The position numbers were made by a program, and so were the translations under genes. From Asterias rubens (Eukaryota), in assembly GCF_902459465.1 (NCBI RefSeq), contig NC_047080.1, forward strand, positions 3,844,001 through 3,908,000: a stretch of DNA of 64,000 nt, given 5' to 3'. The notes under the pieces are model-generated. The model ran no database searches, was not told where the DNA came from, and saw only the letters and a list, made by a program, of their open reading frames with translations. Below, piece by piece: positions 38,914-51,200 of this stretch (positions are counted from its first letter, which is position 1; each line of letters begins with the position of its first letter).

Positions 38914-40031
38914 TATCTAATTTACTCAAATAATAATTTTATAGATATCTTTGTATTGTATTACAATTTGTAAGTTTATAAGTAGAATGGAATATTGACT
39001 CTGAAGCTGCTGAGGGCCGAGTGAAAAAGTGGTGGCACTGCACTGGCAGGCAGGATTGATGAACATTTTTCCAATGCGAGTGTGACTGGGACTACGCCAC
39101 ATCCTAAAAAACTAGCCTAGCCCAATAAATAGGGCCAATCCACTTAGTTTCCCGTATCATGCTCTACAAAAATAAGTACTCCTTCTTTCCTCATGCAGTC
39201 GCCTGGTGGAACACCCTTCCTGGAAGCACCTTATCCTCACCAACATACGAGGTGTTTAAAAGGAAGTTGTAGTGGCTGTCACATGTAATCCATAATTTTG
39301 TGGACCCCCTTTTTAATCCATAATTTTATGGACCCCCTTTTTACTTGCACCTTGTAAATTCATTTAAGTGGCACTGTATGGAGAGGCGCCCACGCTGCGC
39401 ATGCACATTTAGTTTCTTTCTTGAATTATATCCTGACTTACGGACGTTGCTGAGTATCACGTAGAAGTAGAAGTAGAAGTAGAAGTGTATCTTTGGCCCA
39501 AGCAAGCACCATTGCAATTGTATTCAGTGTCAAACTCGTAGGATAATATGTTCTCCGGTCCGGGGATTTGTCCCCCATATTGAAAATCAACATATGGGCT
39601 GAACTGAAGAAGGATGATATTGATTTGAAAAGATTCATCACCAGACAGAACAAATTTGTACACAGTTCCCTATAAATGGGGGGACAGAATTACCGATCGA
39701 ATGGGACTACAAGATAGCCCTACTGCTTGAGTACAGAAACATGTTTTTTTGGGGAAAATCAATGATTTTTGAGTTGCGAGTGTGCAATTATGTTCACATT
39801 GTAGGAACTTGCTCTTAAACTATACTTTGTCGGGTTCCCTAAACAAAAATGGATCAGTTTTTCATTTTATTTTGTTTCTATTTTTATAATGTTCGACGCT
39901 GTACTGGGTCATCTAATCTCCAAATCAACGAATGTACTTTTATGATACTTTCTTTTCTAGAATATGCGAACGCTATAGTAGACATTGGATGAATGTCCTT
40001 GTATATCCAGTTGCGTCGATACCTTAGAACC

Positions 40032-42886
40032 ATGGCCAAGAAGCTGTTTTGGAAGGTGACGACTGGAATGTTTGTGCGGACCTTCCACATAATCCTCACA
40101 GTAGGGGTACTTTGTGTTATCGTCTTCAAAGATACAGGTAAGCAGACTGCCTCCCTCCGATGAAGTTGAAAAAAAAAAAAAACCAAAACAGTCAAATGGT
40201 TCGCTTCATCAGATTTATATTCATCACATGAATTTTTGATCAAAAGTTTTATGTTTGGTTTCTAATTTAGCAAAAACACATTTTTGTGTAACTTTGAGAG
40301 CATCTTAAAATTTCATTAACGTCCAAGAATTTGTGGGTTTTTTTCTTCTTTATTTGTAGCCTTGAGAGAAGCCATTCTCCAGAGAAATATACCTTACCTT
40401 CTAGCCTTTGCAACCCTCCTTACAATATCTGGTGGCCTGTACTTCCAAGCAAGCCTTATGGACCCAGGCTATGTGCCTGTAGATCAAGCAAAGGTAAGAT
40501 ACAGTGTTGATCCGAGTCTAAATATTGCTTGTATATTCCAGACCTGCCTTTTATTTCAAGAGTGATTACCAAACGTATACCTTCCCTTTAAATGTTTCTC
40601 GGACAAGCTCTAACAATCATAGGTAACCAAAGCTTTTTATTTTATTTGAGTAGACACAAGAATGGAATAAAGACGACAGTACCGATGATGAAGACGAGAA
40701 CAGTAGTCATGATCAAGAGGAAGAGGAAGATCTCAAAAATGAAGAGACAGTTCAGATGTTGTCATCGCCACGAAGACGAAAGGCTGTTAAACTTCGAAAA
40801 TGTGACTTTTGTGAAGTGAAGGTAATGTTTAGATGAACGCTATTCGACCCTCTTCCTGAAAGTTTCATAGGGTATCATTTTGGTTTTTGTGTTTATTTTA
40901 CAAAAGCTAAAGAATACCTCGGGTGAAAGCAAATGCAAATATTTTTTGAGGCAAACAACTAGTACGTTCTGTCTGCCAATTGTGGCACACAAAAATCTGC
41001 TTTGCTTTCGCAATACTCATGGAGTATGAACCAGGTTTAACCACTTAGACGATATTATTAATTTTCAAAAGCTCTTTGTTCGTAAGTTACGGTCGATAAT
41101 CTGTCCTGATATTGACAGATAGAGACTCGGCATAAGGCTAGATACCTCGGTTAGTGTAGACTAATCCGGAGGTCGCAAGCTCAAGTCTCACTCTAGTTAA
41201 TTTTTCTTTGTCCAACCCAAAGTTTTACTTCAAAGCATAACCATATTTTACTGTGAAAGAATGTGCCAATAGACCGATCCATTAGGCTCCACCCCACGAC
41301 ACAGGTGAGCAAGAACACGAGGGCCTCTTCAATGCCTTTCTGCACATCTCTGCCGCGCGCGCCAAGCATATGCACACGGACGTCAGACTTTATTTGTCGA
41401 GCTTAATGGATAGGTCTATTAGTTTTAAGATAAAGTGTCTTACAAGAGAAACAATTAAAGGATTTAAGTGAATAGTAGATTGCATATACATGGGATGACG
41501 GGATCTCTCTTAAATTCACTATATTTATGCTACAATAGTCTTTCTACTGTGGTATTGTTTGTTACCAAAAACACAAGGCACTTACTTAAGATGTTGGCTT
41601 CTTTCTTTGTTTATTTTAGCAACCCATACGGTCCAAACATTGTGAAGATTGCAGCCGCTGTGTCAGGAAGTTTGACCACCACTGCCCTTGGCTTGAGAAC
41701 TGCGTAGGTGAGAGCAACCATCGGTTCTTCTGGCTGTTTCTGCTCACTGAGACCACGCTGGTGTTGTGGACATTTCAGATTACGTGGTACGTGTTTTTCA
41801 TTTCAATTTTTCTTCTTGAACCCATTTTTTAGTGAGTTGATCAATAAGCTTAGGCGATATCGATTAATTTTATTCACGATATATCGCCGACAATATATCC
41901 AGATTTGATACAATCGCGATGAATTAAGTTTGACATCAGTCTTCAAACTCCCAGTGAAAGTTGTAGAAGAGTCAGTCATAGCATAAGAGAGGTGTTATAA
42001 TGACCTATTCTTCTGGTTTTACTCCAAACCTATTGGGTACAAGATGTCTCAGCTAGGAAATACATCATGATATTGCGATATTTAATCGATGTCGTGATAT
42101 ATCGCGATATATTGATATTTCGATTTAAACCAAATTGATCCGATATCGAAATCGTTTCCAAATTGGTATCTCGATATTCGATAATATTGCAAAATCGCCC
42201 AAGCTTATTGATCAACAATTTTAAGCTGCTCAACTGATGGGTTGCGGTTTGTGGATTGTGGCATAAGTGTATACAGAAATAACCATCACATTATAAGTTA
42301 CAACAAATTTATCTTCAAGCAAACTTCAAGCAACGCAATGTGGCAATCAGCCTTTGACGCAGACACGCAGACAAAGAATTTACTATGCTGTATATTTTGC
42401 TTAAAGCTTATAAAAGCATAATAAGCATAGTTAGGCTTCACAACCAGAATAAATGAAACCATATGTAATGGATGTATTCTAGTCAAAGATGAACTTAAAC
42501 TGAATTAGCATAATCAGATGGATGTAACTAGCCCGACTGTTGATTTATCCCCCAGGGGCGCCTTCCGATGGAAAATCACTCTTTATGATTGGCTCCAGGC
42601 TAACGCACTTTTCTTTGTTTGCATCGTCATCATCGCCCTGGCTGGGTCGGCGCTGTTTGGTCTACTCTGTTGCCACAGTTACATGATGATAACCAATCAG
42701 ACCACGTGGGAGTTCATGTCACATAATCGCATCACGTACCTGCGAGATCTGGACGAGTCTGAGAATCCATTCGACGAGGGATACCTCAAAAATTGCGTCA
42801 AGTTTTTCTTTTACTGTCCGTACAGAAGGTGGGAACAGTTGGTCCAGAAGAAATGTGAATGCGTGCACCCATCAAACTCTGTGTAG
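40032..42886 (+). CDS. ZDHHC12: Palmitoyltransferase ZDHHC12, 5 coding exons, 301 aa
   Basis: Exons 40032-40137, 40360-40493, 40654-40821, 41620-41786, 42556-42886 (906 nt, in frame). DPG, CxxC...RSKHC...[13 protein letters not shown], TTxE (TTWEF) and NPFDEG. The N-terminal VRTFH..LT and LMDPGYV segments resemble ZDHHC12. Confidence 0.9.
41845..42207. mobile_element. hAT-like MITE
   Basis: TIR taagctt(a/g)ggcgat...atcgcccaagctta with 8-bp TSD ttgatcaa. Confidence 0.87.
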
Positions 42887-44988
42887 GCTTGACGGAGAGA
42901 TTAACTCATGAAGTCGTCATGCAATTTTCTAGTCATTAATTGCTTTGTGTTTGTTCTCTGGTTTTATTTCACAAGTGGATTGAAAGACCTGCTTGAACGA
43001 AAATGTCAAGTCGCGAACTTTGGTGAATTTCACTTCAAATGTTTTCAATGAATAAGGAAATCGAGTCATATGATTATAAATAGATTTCAATTGTGTAAAA
43101 AAAGCAATCATTTCGAATGCCCTTATCCAGCGCTTTTCTGAGAGATTTGCGAAAACCCCTTGTTTTGTAATCACTCTCAAAATGTCATAGTTGGGAGCTC
43201 TGATTTGTAAAGCCGCTTTGTTGCAGCGTGGAGGTATAACAAAGCAAACTGCCAGACATGACGTAAGTGGCATTGTCCTTTGACGCGCGCCTTCAACGGC
43301 AGAAGTGTTTTTAGTTTTTCAAAACCTTAAGCTTGGGGCCTGAGTTTTTAGTCAATAATTGCGAAATATTCTGAAGTGTACACATATCAAAATTACATTA
43401 AAATGGTGAACAAGTGCATTATAAACAAGTTATAATACAATTTTCATGGAAAACATTACGTTATTGGTACAGTGTACACTGTGCAGATTGCTTCAATATT
43501 AAATGAAGCCGAGCCTTGGCTTGGGAAAAGCCCATGGGTTGAAGGTAAACATTTTCAGTAAATGGACCAATATTGTTTGTGTTTACCTTGAGTTTTAAAG
43601 TTGCCAACATGTTTATCTCGCAGCTTTTACGTACAGAGTTTTTGCAAAATCTAAATAAGCCGTTTTTGCACTGATACACAAAAATTTAAGTCACAATGTA
43701 TTAAAAGTTCTACATAATATTTATAAAAAACAGTACTTCAAGCAATGATAATGTTTTCTGCTGTCCAGTATATACAGACTGGGTATATATATTTGGTAGG
43801 AATTCTGTTCAACAATAAGTCATTTAAAAAAGGGTCTGAAACATCTAGCTGTATATTTAAGAATTTTTTTTGGGGGAATTGTCCAACCTTACGTATAGTG
43901 AAAAGGCATAATGAATTAGTCCGAGCTCTGTATTTAACTACATTCTTTGAACACAAAATTTGTATTTCCTGTGGTGTATTAATATTGTAATAAGTTTTGT
44001 GTTTCTTATCCTGAAGGACAGTTGAGGGGGCATACTTTCAATTTCAAAAGTACTCGCACAAAAATATGTATCATCGTTCAATCATATTTTTTTCCATCAA
44101 GTCCATACTTTCCAAACAGCCTGAAAGTTATTGAGTCTGGTCTTCATTAATACACTGGAAACTTAAGGTCAAACAGTAGAAACTTTGATGTGTCATACAC
44201 AATTTGCTGCTAATGACAGGCTCGTAGCCTGAACATCCGACAACGTCACACTTCAAACTAACTTTGAACCAAGTTCGGCCCTACCTGAAATCCTTGCCTC
44301 TGCAACCCTACTCCCATATTATACACACGTGTTAAATTGATGATTAATAAGTGCATATTAATGTAAATATATTTATATAAAGCTTCACAAAAAAATTGAT
44401 CGTTTTACATTGAAATTATCGTCATAACTACCCCAAGTTAATCTGATGATTATATGTCAATATTGTGAATATATCATCAACATTAAAAATCACAGTATCT
44501 AAAAACTTGTTGTTGGTGTTGTTGTTTTGGTTTGGGATTTTTCTTTTTCTGTTCGTTTTTGTCGGAGCATGTAGGTAGAAATAGCATAGGCCTACTGTGT
44601 GGGTCTGTTATTTTTAATTTTATTTTTACCTTTCTACATAAAATACCTTAATATGCCTCAAAACCTTACGATAGCACCCTCATTTGATAAACTGATTCAG
44701 CAAAGATTACACTTCAGTTTCACATCACTGGAGATTCTTCTTTTTCAATTTATTTACAGTTTAGAAAGAGTCGTCAGAACCACAAGAAATTACTGGAAAA
44801 AACTTTTGAATATCGGGTTTTGACATAAAAGCTGAAAACTAATCGTTTAACCCTTGCCTCAAACACTGGGTAGCACATTTAAAAAGGAAACTTCGGAGGG
44901 ATGCGCTGATTTACAAAACAGGAATGCAAGCTATGAATGTTGTTGCTATGGTGGGCGGAGCTTATGGATCAGTACTCTGGAGGGGTGT

Positions 44989-47067
44989 CTAGTCCATCCA
45001 ATCAGGTATGACAGTATTTTCGGTATTATTGCTGCCCAGTGTTTCTCCATCGACAGCCACGTGCCACTTGGCATGATTTTTCAGAGCTTTTTTTCTGCTA
45101 AACGCTAAACCGCACTCTTTGCAAGAATACGGCTTTTCCCCGGTGTGAATTCGTTCGTGGAGTTTTAGGTCATACTTCCGGAGGAATGTCTTCCCACATG
45201 TTTGACAGATGCTTCTTTTCTTGCCTGATTTATCAAGCTGCTCTCCGTCTTCTAGTCCGGGTTCCTTAAGAATATTGGGCTTTTCTAGTGAGGCACCATT
45301 AGTTTTTGAAGCGAATTCATTCCTCTTTTTTAGTTCATTCTTTTCTTCATGAGCTTCATGAATTAACATGGTACTCTTATACTTAAAAGGTTTTCCACAA
45401 AAACGACACATGAATTCACCGTCACTGAAGCATATTTTACTGACCAAATGGTGTTTCAGGTTGGCAGCTCTTACGAAAGGTTTCCCACATTTATAACAAG
45501 TGTGAAGACTTTTTTCAGGCTTGTTCTTTTCCAGTGGATTTGCTTCACAATCTTTGTTTCTTGGCTCATTGTTCGTGGGGACAGTCTGTCCCACTTCCTT
45601 CATGTGAGCCAAACTGAAAACTTCATGTTCACAAATTGCACTTTGTTCAGAGGTGTTTAAATCGTGCGAAACAGCCTGGTTTCGGCAGTGTTTACGGTGC
45701 CCTTCAAGTTCTTCTACGGAATGAAATTCTTGCTCGCAGGAACGACAAATATAGACAGACTGTCTTAATAACATGCCATTAAGTTGGCCGTTGTTATGTT
45801 CAAGGTTATCTTCTTTTCTCTCATCAAAACTTGTGGAAGTTACAGACTCAGGTTCTCTTTTGACAATAGTCACAGTGGGCTCAATTGTAGCTTTCTTTTC
45901 TTGATTCGCAATGTCCTCTGGACTATTAACAATGTGAGACTGTAGGCACTTCTCAAGAATTGAAAATGTTGGTAAAATGTTTCCACTTCCATGAAGTTGT
46001 TGATGACTGTCAGTAACACCGTGGGCGAGATAATTTTCATCACAATTTTGGTTAAAGTTGTTTTCAAAGATGGGTTCCGCTTCTCTTTTGGCATGAAGAG
46101 GCTCACTAAAGAGTTGCTCACCCCGATTGACGGAATCCACAGAACTATCAACGCTGGGAGAGTCTTGGTAATCACCACAATTTGACGATGAAGGAATACC
46201 GTTTTCACGCCTGAAACCCTGACTTTCATGACTGTTGGGAACTATGAACCCATTCTCTTCGTCGTCGTTCTCACCAAAGTCGTTGAAAACATCAAATTCA
46301 GGTTCTGTTTTAACACTAACCAAGTCAACTGTAGTTACATCCTCACGATTGTTAATGCCAAGGGGATCTTGGTCTCCATTCAAAGTAGATTCTGGAAAGG
46401 TGTTTTTACTTGAACAGAGTTCTTGTTCCTCATGACGATGACAGCCCTGACTCTTGTGATGTCCTAGAGCCGAGACTTTGTTGAATTCTTCTCCACATGA
46501 TTCGCAAATAAACGGTGGTTTTCTGATGGTAGCGCCTTCAATATGGTTACTCGGTTGGTCCATCGAAGTATCTAGAGCTTTAGAGTTTGACTTCCCTTTG
46601 TCGACAATGAATGTATTGCCGGGGTTGAAACTTTTGCTTTGAAGATAACCGCAGTGTCCACATTGGTTGGAGCAACCGGGCGACACATACTTGGGTAACA
46701 ATCCAATTTGGATGAAATCGTTTCCACAACTGGTGCATTTGAACTGCTTTTCCTTAATATGTGTTAAGTAATGGCTGAGACACCTGTCCTTTTGCTGGAA
46801 GCTTTGCCTGCACAGATCGCACATATAGATGTGCTTCTCTGTGTATGCCCACTTTGAACTGACTGAATCGTCGCAGTTTTTATGCAACAACTCGTAATGT
46901 TTCTTCAAGTGTTTTTTCTTGGAAAACGCTGTACCACACTCAAGACAAGTAAAAGGACATTTTCCTTTGAATGGGCAAGTGTGATGATCGAGGTTGTCAA
47001 GGCTGGAGAAGGCTGCAGTACATAATCCACAGCCGAAACGCTTCTTAGCATCTTCCAGGCCATCCAT
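44989..47067 (-). CDS. C2H2/C2HC zinc-finger protein, 692 aa, CDS in a single exon
   Basis: Long ORF with first ATG at 47067 (MDGLEDAKKRF). About 9 fingers including a TGEKP-linked C-terminal pair. Probable 5' UTR intron 47331-48211 (CAG|GTGAG donor, ttgcag acceptor). Confidence 0.9.
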   Translation of the reverse strand: MDGLEDAKKRFGCGLCTAAFSSLDNLDHHTCPFKGKCPFTCLECGTAFSKKKHLKKHYELLHKNCDDSVSSKWAYTEKHIYMCDLCRQSFQQKDRCLSHYLTHIKEKQFKCTSCGNDFIQIGLLPKYVSPGCSNQCGHCGYLQSKSFNPGNTFIVDKGKSNSKALDTSMDQPSNHIEGATIRKPPFICESCGEEFNKVSALGHHKSQGCHRHEEQELCSSKNTFPESTLNGDQDPLGINNREDVTTVDLVSVKTEPEFDVFNDFGENDDEENGFIVPNSHESQGFRRENGIPSSSNCGDYQDSPSVDSSVDSVNRGEQLFSEPLHAKREAEPIFENNFNQNCDENYLAHGVTDSHQQLHGSGNILPTFSILEKCLQSHIVNSPEDIANQEKKATIEPTVTIVKREPESVTSTSFDERKEDNLEHNNGQLNGMLLRQSVYICRSCEQEFHSVEELEGHRKHCRNQAVSHDLNTSEQSAICEHEVFSLAHMKEVGQTVPTNNEPRNKDCEANPLEKNKPEKSLHTCYKCGKPFVRAANLKHHLVSKICFSDGEFMCRFCGKPFKYKSTMLIHEAHEEKNELKKRNEFASKTNGASLEKPNILKEPGLEDGEQLDKSGKKRSICQTCGKTFLRKYDLKLHERIHTGEKPYSCKECGLAFSRKKALKNHAKWHVAVDGETLGSNNTENTVIPDWMD

Positions 47068-48370
47068 GATTTGATACAATATTACTCACAGGGTTGTTAT
47101 GTTTTTTCATTTATTTTTTAGTTTTGTGGACATACCACATACCCTGCGATTGCCACTTTAAATAGTTAACAGATACAGCGATCATTAACCATGATAAGTA
47201 TGGTATTTCCTCAGAGCACAAGTATGGCTGGTTGCTAAAACGGTTGCTGTCACATCATTGATGAAGAACATTTGACGTCCACTCAAGGTTTTTGACACCA
47301 GGCAGGTGTTGAAGATCTTTGGCTAGTTTTCTGCAAGAAAGAAATTGAAACAGTAAGTAGTGTTATTATTAAAATTGACACATTTTACAAACCTTAGCTT
47401 TGAAGATATGTGGTGTGGACAATCATGGCATTGCAGTGCATGCTCTTGTGAATTCCTTCAACTATGAAAGTTTGAAATTAAACAGTCCAAAGTTTCACTA
47501 TAGACAATGTACCTGGCTGGGGGCTTACAAAACAAATTATTAGCCTGGCCGTCGGGAGGAGGGTTACGTTATCGCAACTAGGTACCGCGTAATTAACGCT
47601 TGCTTGTTGAACATGTTGCCATGTTCGTTCGTGGACGTTGCACAATTTTGACTCTAGTTTTGGTCTTAATTTTAAAATAAACATGATATTGATAAAGACA
47701 CCTTTTAAATTCTCAATCAAAGATTCTTTTTCAAGTTTTTGGGAAAAGGTTGATGTGGAATTAATAATAATAATAATAACCTTACTTTTAGCGCTTTTTA
47801 CAAAAGCGATACAATTTAAATTTGCAGGGATGATTTTTGATTCGTGATTCGGCATTTAATCTAATTAAATGGGAATGCCATGCAGCAATTTGAGCTTTGT
47901 ATCCTCCTCTTATAAACTTATAATTAAAGCCGGTAAAAAATTTTTTTGACAGCATCAAATTTGCGCAAGGCCTAGAATTTGCGTGGGAATAAGTGGTGCG
48001 CAGGCTTAAAACTGCGCACACAAAATTGTATCGGGCCGTGAAGTTTGCGCACTGAGCTGAGGCTAAAGTTTGCGCGAGGATTGAAGTTTGCGCCCAACAA
48101 AACTAAAAACAACAACAAGGGTTTGTGTCTTTATTGACGGTGGAAAGGCAACAGCACAATACGGAAATGTTACCCTGGGTATACCCCTACTTATTGATCT
48201 GAAGATCTCACCTGCAGTGGAATGCATTCTGTCTCAAAAGTGTGATGGTTTACCGCAAGAATCACTCCGGCTCCGGTCTATTTGTGATGAGTTACTTTTG
48301 CAGGCATACAGTACAGCGCCCTCTTGAGTTTTATTTTTTTATGAATGGCAGCTTGGCTGAGGGTAGGGCT

Positions 48371-48658
48371 AGTCTTGGTTACAAGACCATTGGTGTTGCG
48401 CGGTCACACACAACCAACGTTCCGATTATGCACGGCAAAAACTGTACACGCTTGTAATGAACGAACGCTAGAGCGGGCGCTCTTTTTCTCTGATTTCCGG
48501 ATCTCACCATGACTGTGCTCACCATGGATGGTGAGATCTAAATCAGAGAAACAGAGCGCCCGCTAGCGTTCGTTCATTACAAGCGTGTACAGTTTTTGTG
48601 CATAATCGGAATTGGTTGTGTGTGACCGCGCAACTCCAATGGTCTTGGAACCAAGACT
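48371..48658. mobile_element. Fold-back (Mutator-like) element
   Basis: Inverted arms of ~130-140 bp (48371-48510 / 48528-48658) flanked by the 11-bp direct repeat agggtagggct. Confidence 0.82.
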
Positions 48659-50582
48659 AGGGTAGGGCTGGGGCGGGGCGTCGTTTAAAAGTTCCTGAAT
48701 GATTGACCACCAGTTTGAGCTAACTTCTACTATGCAATAATTTTATTACAAATTGTGTTTATTCAAACCCAATAAACTTCATCTTGCAATTGTATCACTA
48801 CAATAAGGGACAAAGCACATGAGGCCCTACTCCATTATTATAATATTTTTGAAAGGGGGGGGGGGGTAATGTCACACTCTTGTACATTTTGAAGGTACAT
48901 GTATACTATTTTAAGAATGCTTGCACCAGAGTCAAACAAATTAAGGTTCCCTTGTAGAGCTGCAATAGAAAGCCAACAATAAAAGAAGCATTTCTGTGGT
49001 GAATATCAAAATCAAACTTTATTCTTCAAATGTTCTGTTCCTTTTGATTTATTTTGTAACTAACAGCACATTGTTGTTAAACAAACAACTGCCAAACACA
49101 AACACATAATTATTCGGACACTGAATGTTATGAAAACTTGTTTACAGCTTCTTCTATAAAATTATCTACATTCCACAACTTTTATTTCTATTTAACAAGT
49201 ACGTGTCCATTCCTGGGAATTCAGAGATAAATTGGTTCAAATTATTTATCTTGGCTCAACTAGTGACATATGCATGGATACCCACAACAATTGCCCTGGG
49301 GCCGATTTCACAAAGGTCTCAAATTGATCGTAACTTCAAATCAATCGTAGTTGCTAAGTAAAGTGTGATGTCACAATACAAATCTCTATGGTGATACTGA
49401 AAATTTGTCTTGGGATGAATTTTATTGCTTTGTGAAATCGGCCCCAGGTGCCCTGTGCTTTTGCTGTGGTGCCCTCTGCAAAGTCCCAATACAAATTTAC
49501 ATTTTTGTCATGGCAAGTGTCCTCACAGGAGGAAAATTGCTGTGCCCTTCAAGAGCAAAGTCGAAGCCTGCATATTGTTCCAACTGCAAGTAAACCAGTT
49601 TTTAGCCTCGTATAAGTCCGACACTTTGTTCTTGTAAGTGAAAGGCAGTTTTCCTAATACCACTTCCAATTAATGAGCAAGGGAAGTTTTATTTTCTACC
49701 GACACATTTCAAGGGGCTCCAATGCATACAATGCCTCCATGGCATCACTGATCAGGGCTCGATTTCACAAAGCAATAAAATCCATCGTAAGACAAATTTT
49801 CAGTACCACCATAGTTGTGATCAATTTTAGCTCTTTGTGAAATCGGCCCCAGGCCTGTCCATATCAGGGCTGTATGCTTCGTTTTTGTAAGGGCAAGGGC
49901 ACCAAGGCATTTACTCTTTGGCAAAGGGCACCCTATGAGGAAATTGAACATTTCTACTGGAGCATTTCAAGGGCACCAAGGCAATGGCAAGGGGAAACGG
50001 AGGCAATCGCCTCCGTTGCCTCCGTGAAGTATCAGGCCTGCCATATTAAATGGCAAAACAAGTATCACATTAATTTTGGAAGAATGTTGAGTCACTGGCA
50101 TTCCACCTTTTGGTAATATCACAAGAAGCTTGGAAGTTTCCACAACTTCAAATATGATGGTGGAGTCTAAGAAGAGCTTAGAGGAGTCTTCAAGACGTCT
50201 ATCAAGAATGTCAACTTTGAATTATGCCCATTTTGAAGAGGGTTTCTGCAGCAGTTGTGTGATGAAGCGACGACCTATCTTTGATGGGGCAGAAATTTTC
50301 ATCAACTAAGATTGAGGATATTCCTTCTGGTAGTACTGCAATAATAGTGGAGATGGTGGGGGAGGGTGGGGGGGGGGAGGCATGTGGTATTTTCATTTGT
50401 TTTTGTTGACATGTCCAGACTGAAATGGATGGCCAGAACGCATCTTTGTGTCCAGTCTTTGCAGTCAGTCCATAGCAGATCTCCCACCGCAGTTTTTCGA
50501 CTTTCATAAAAGTGTTCCGACTCGTCTTCGTCAAATGACTCAAATGTTAAAGGTGCAGCGTGCCTGCTGCTGCCCACGTGGT

Positions 50583-50897
50583 TCATTCCCCTCCACGGAG
50601 TTCCCCGATGCGACTTGAGGTCGAAGGTGCAGGTCGGGGGTCAAAACCAATCCGCTGTTGAATCCTCTGTTGTCTGGCTTTGGCATCGAGGTCCTTTGTG
50701 GTTCCGAGTAGACTAGCCTGGGTTTCCCACTGTGTAGTAGTGGACGTGACGTCACTTTGAATTTCCACCCCTTGCATGTCTCCTCCCGAACCCTGTTGTT
50801 TTTCTCTCCTTTGCTGTTCGAGTTCTTTCTTGAAATTGTCGAACTCCGAGATGTCATCGATTTTGAGAGCGATTCGTGTTGGACCCCTCCTGATCAT
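50583..50897 (-). CDS. CDC26: Anaphase-promoting complex subunit CDC26, 104 aa, single coding exon
   Basis: MIRRGPTRIALKIDDISEFD matches the CDC26 N-terminal APC6-binding segment (human [20 protein letters not shown]). RQQRIQQRIGFDPRP matches human REQMINDRIGYKPQP. Head-to-head with PRPF4 as in human. Confidence 0.9.
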   Translation of the reverse strand: MIRRGPTRIALKIDDISEFDNFKKELEQQRREKQQGSGGDMQGVEIQSDVTSTTTQWETQASLLGTTKDLDAKARQQRIQQRIGFDPRPAPSTSSRIGELRGGE

Positions 50898-51200
50898 TTT
50901 GAAAAGATTAATGTGTCCTTGATTTCCAACTCCGAATTGAATTTAGGACCAATGTTCTCCAAAGACATATAATCTTTAACAGTTGTTTAGCTGGTGGTAG
51001 TGTCTTTTCCTCCTTCCTAATTATATGTGGTTTGTGCATGGATGGATGATATTGTTCAGTACTCTCTCTCAAATGCAGTGTGTATTGACATGAAACAGCA
51101 GTAGTTGTTACACTGCGCGCGCTACAACGTCCCCACGTCGTTTGATTGACATCGTTCCTGAGCAGAAAATAACCGTGGAGGTCGATCATCGTGAGTACGA
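50898..51200. promoter_or_regulatory. Compact bidirectional promoter CDC26/PRPF4 and probable non-coding PRPF4 exon 1
   Basis: CpG-enriched stretch ~51110-51190 ends in a plus-strand donor ATC|GTGAGT (51191). An acceptor ttcctag lies just upstream of the PRPF4 ATG (52117-52118). Confidence 0.5.

Larger units (their letters stand above)
37844..40031. promoter_or_regulatory. Divergent (head-to-head) promoter region between ODR4 and ZDHHC12
   Basis: Start codons are 2.2 kb apart on opposite strands. NRF1-like TGCGCATGCA at 39396-39405. TSS positions were not determined. Confidence 0.45.
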
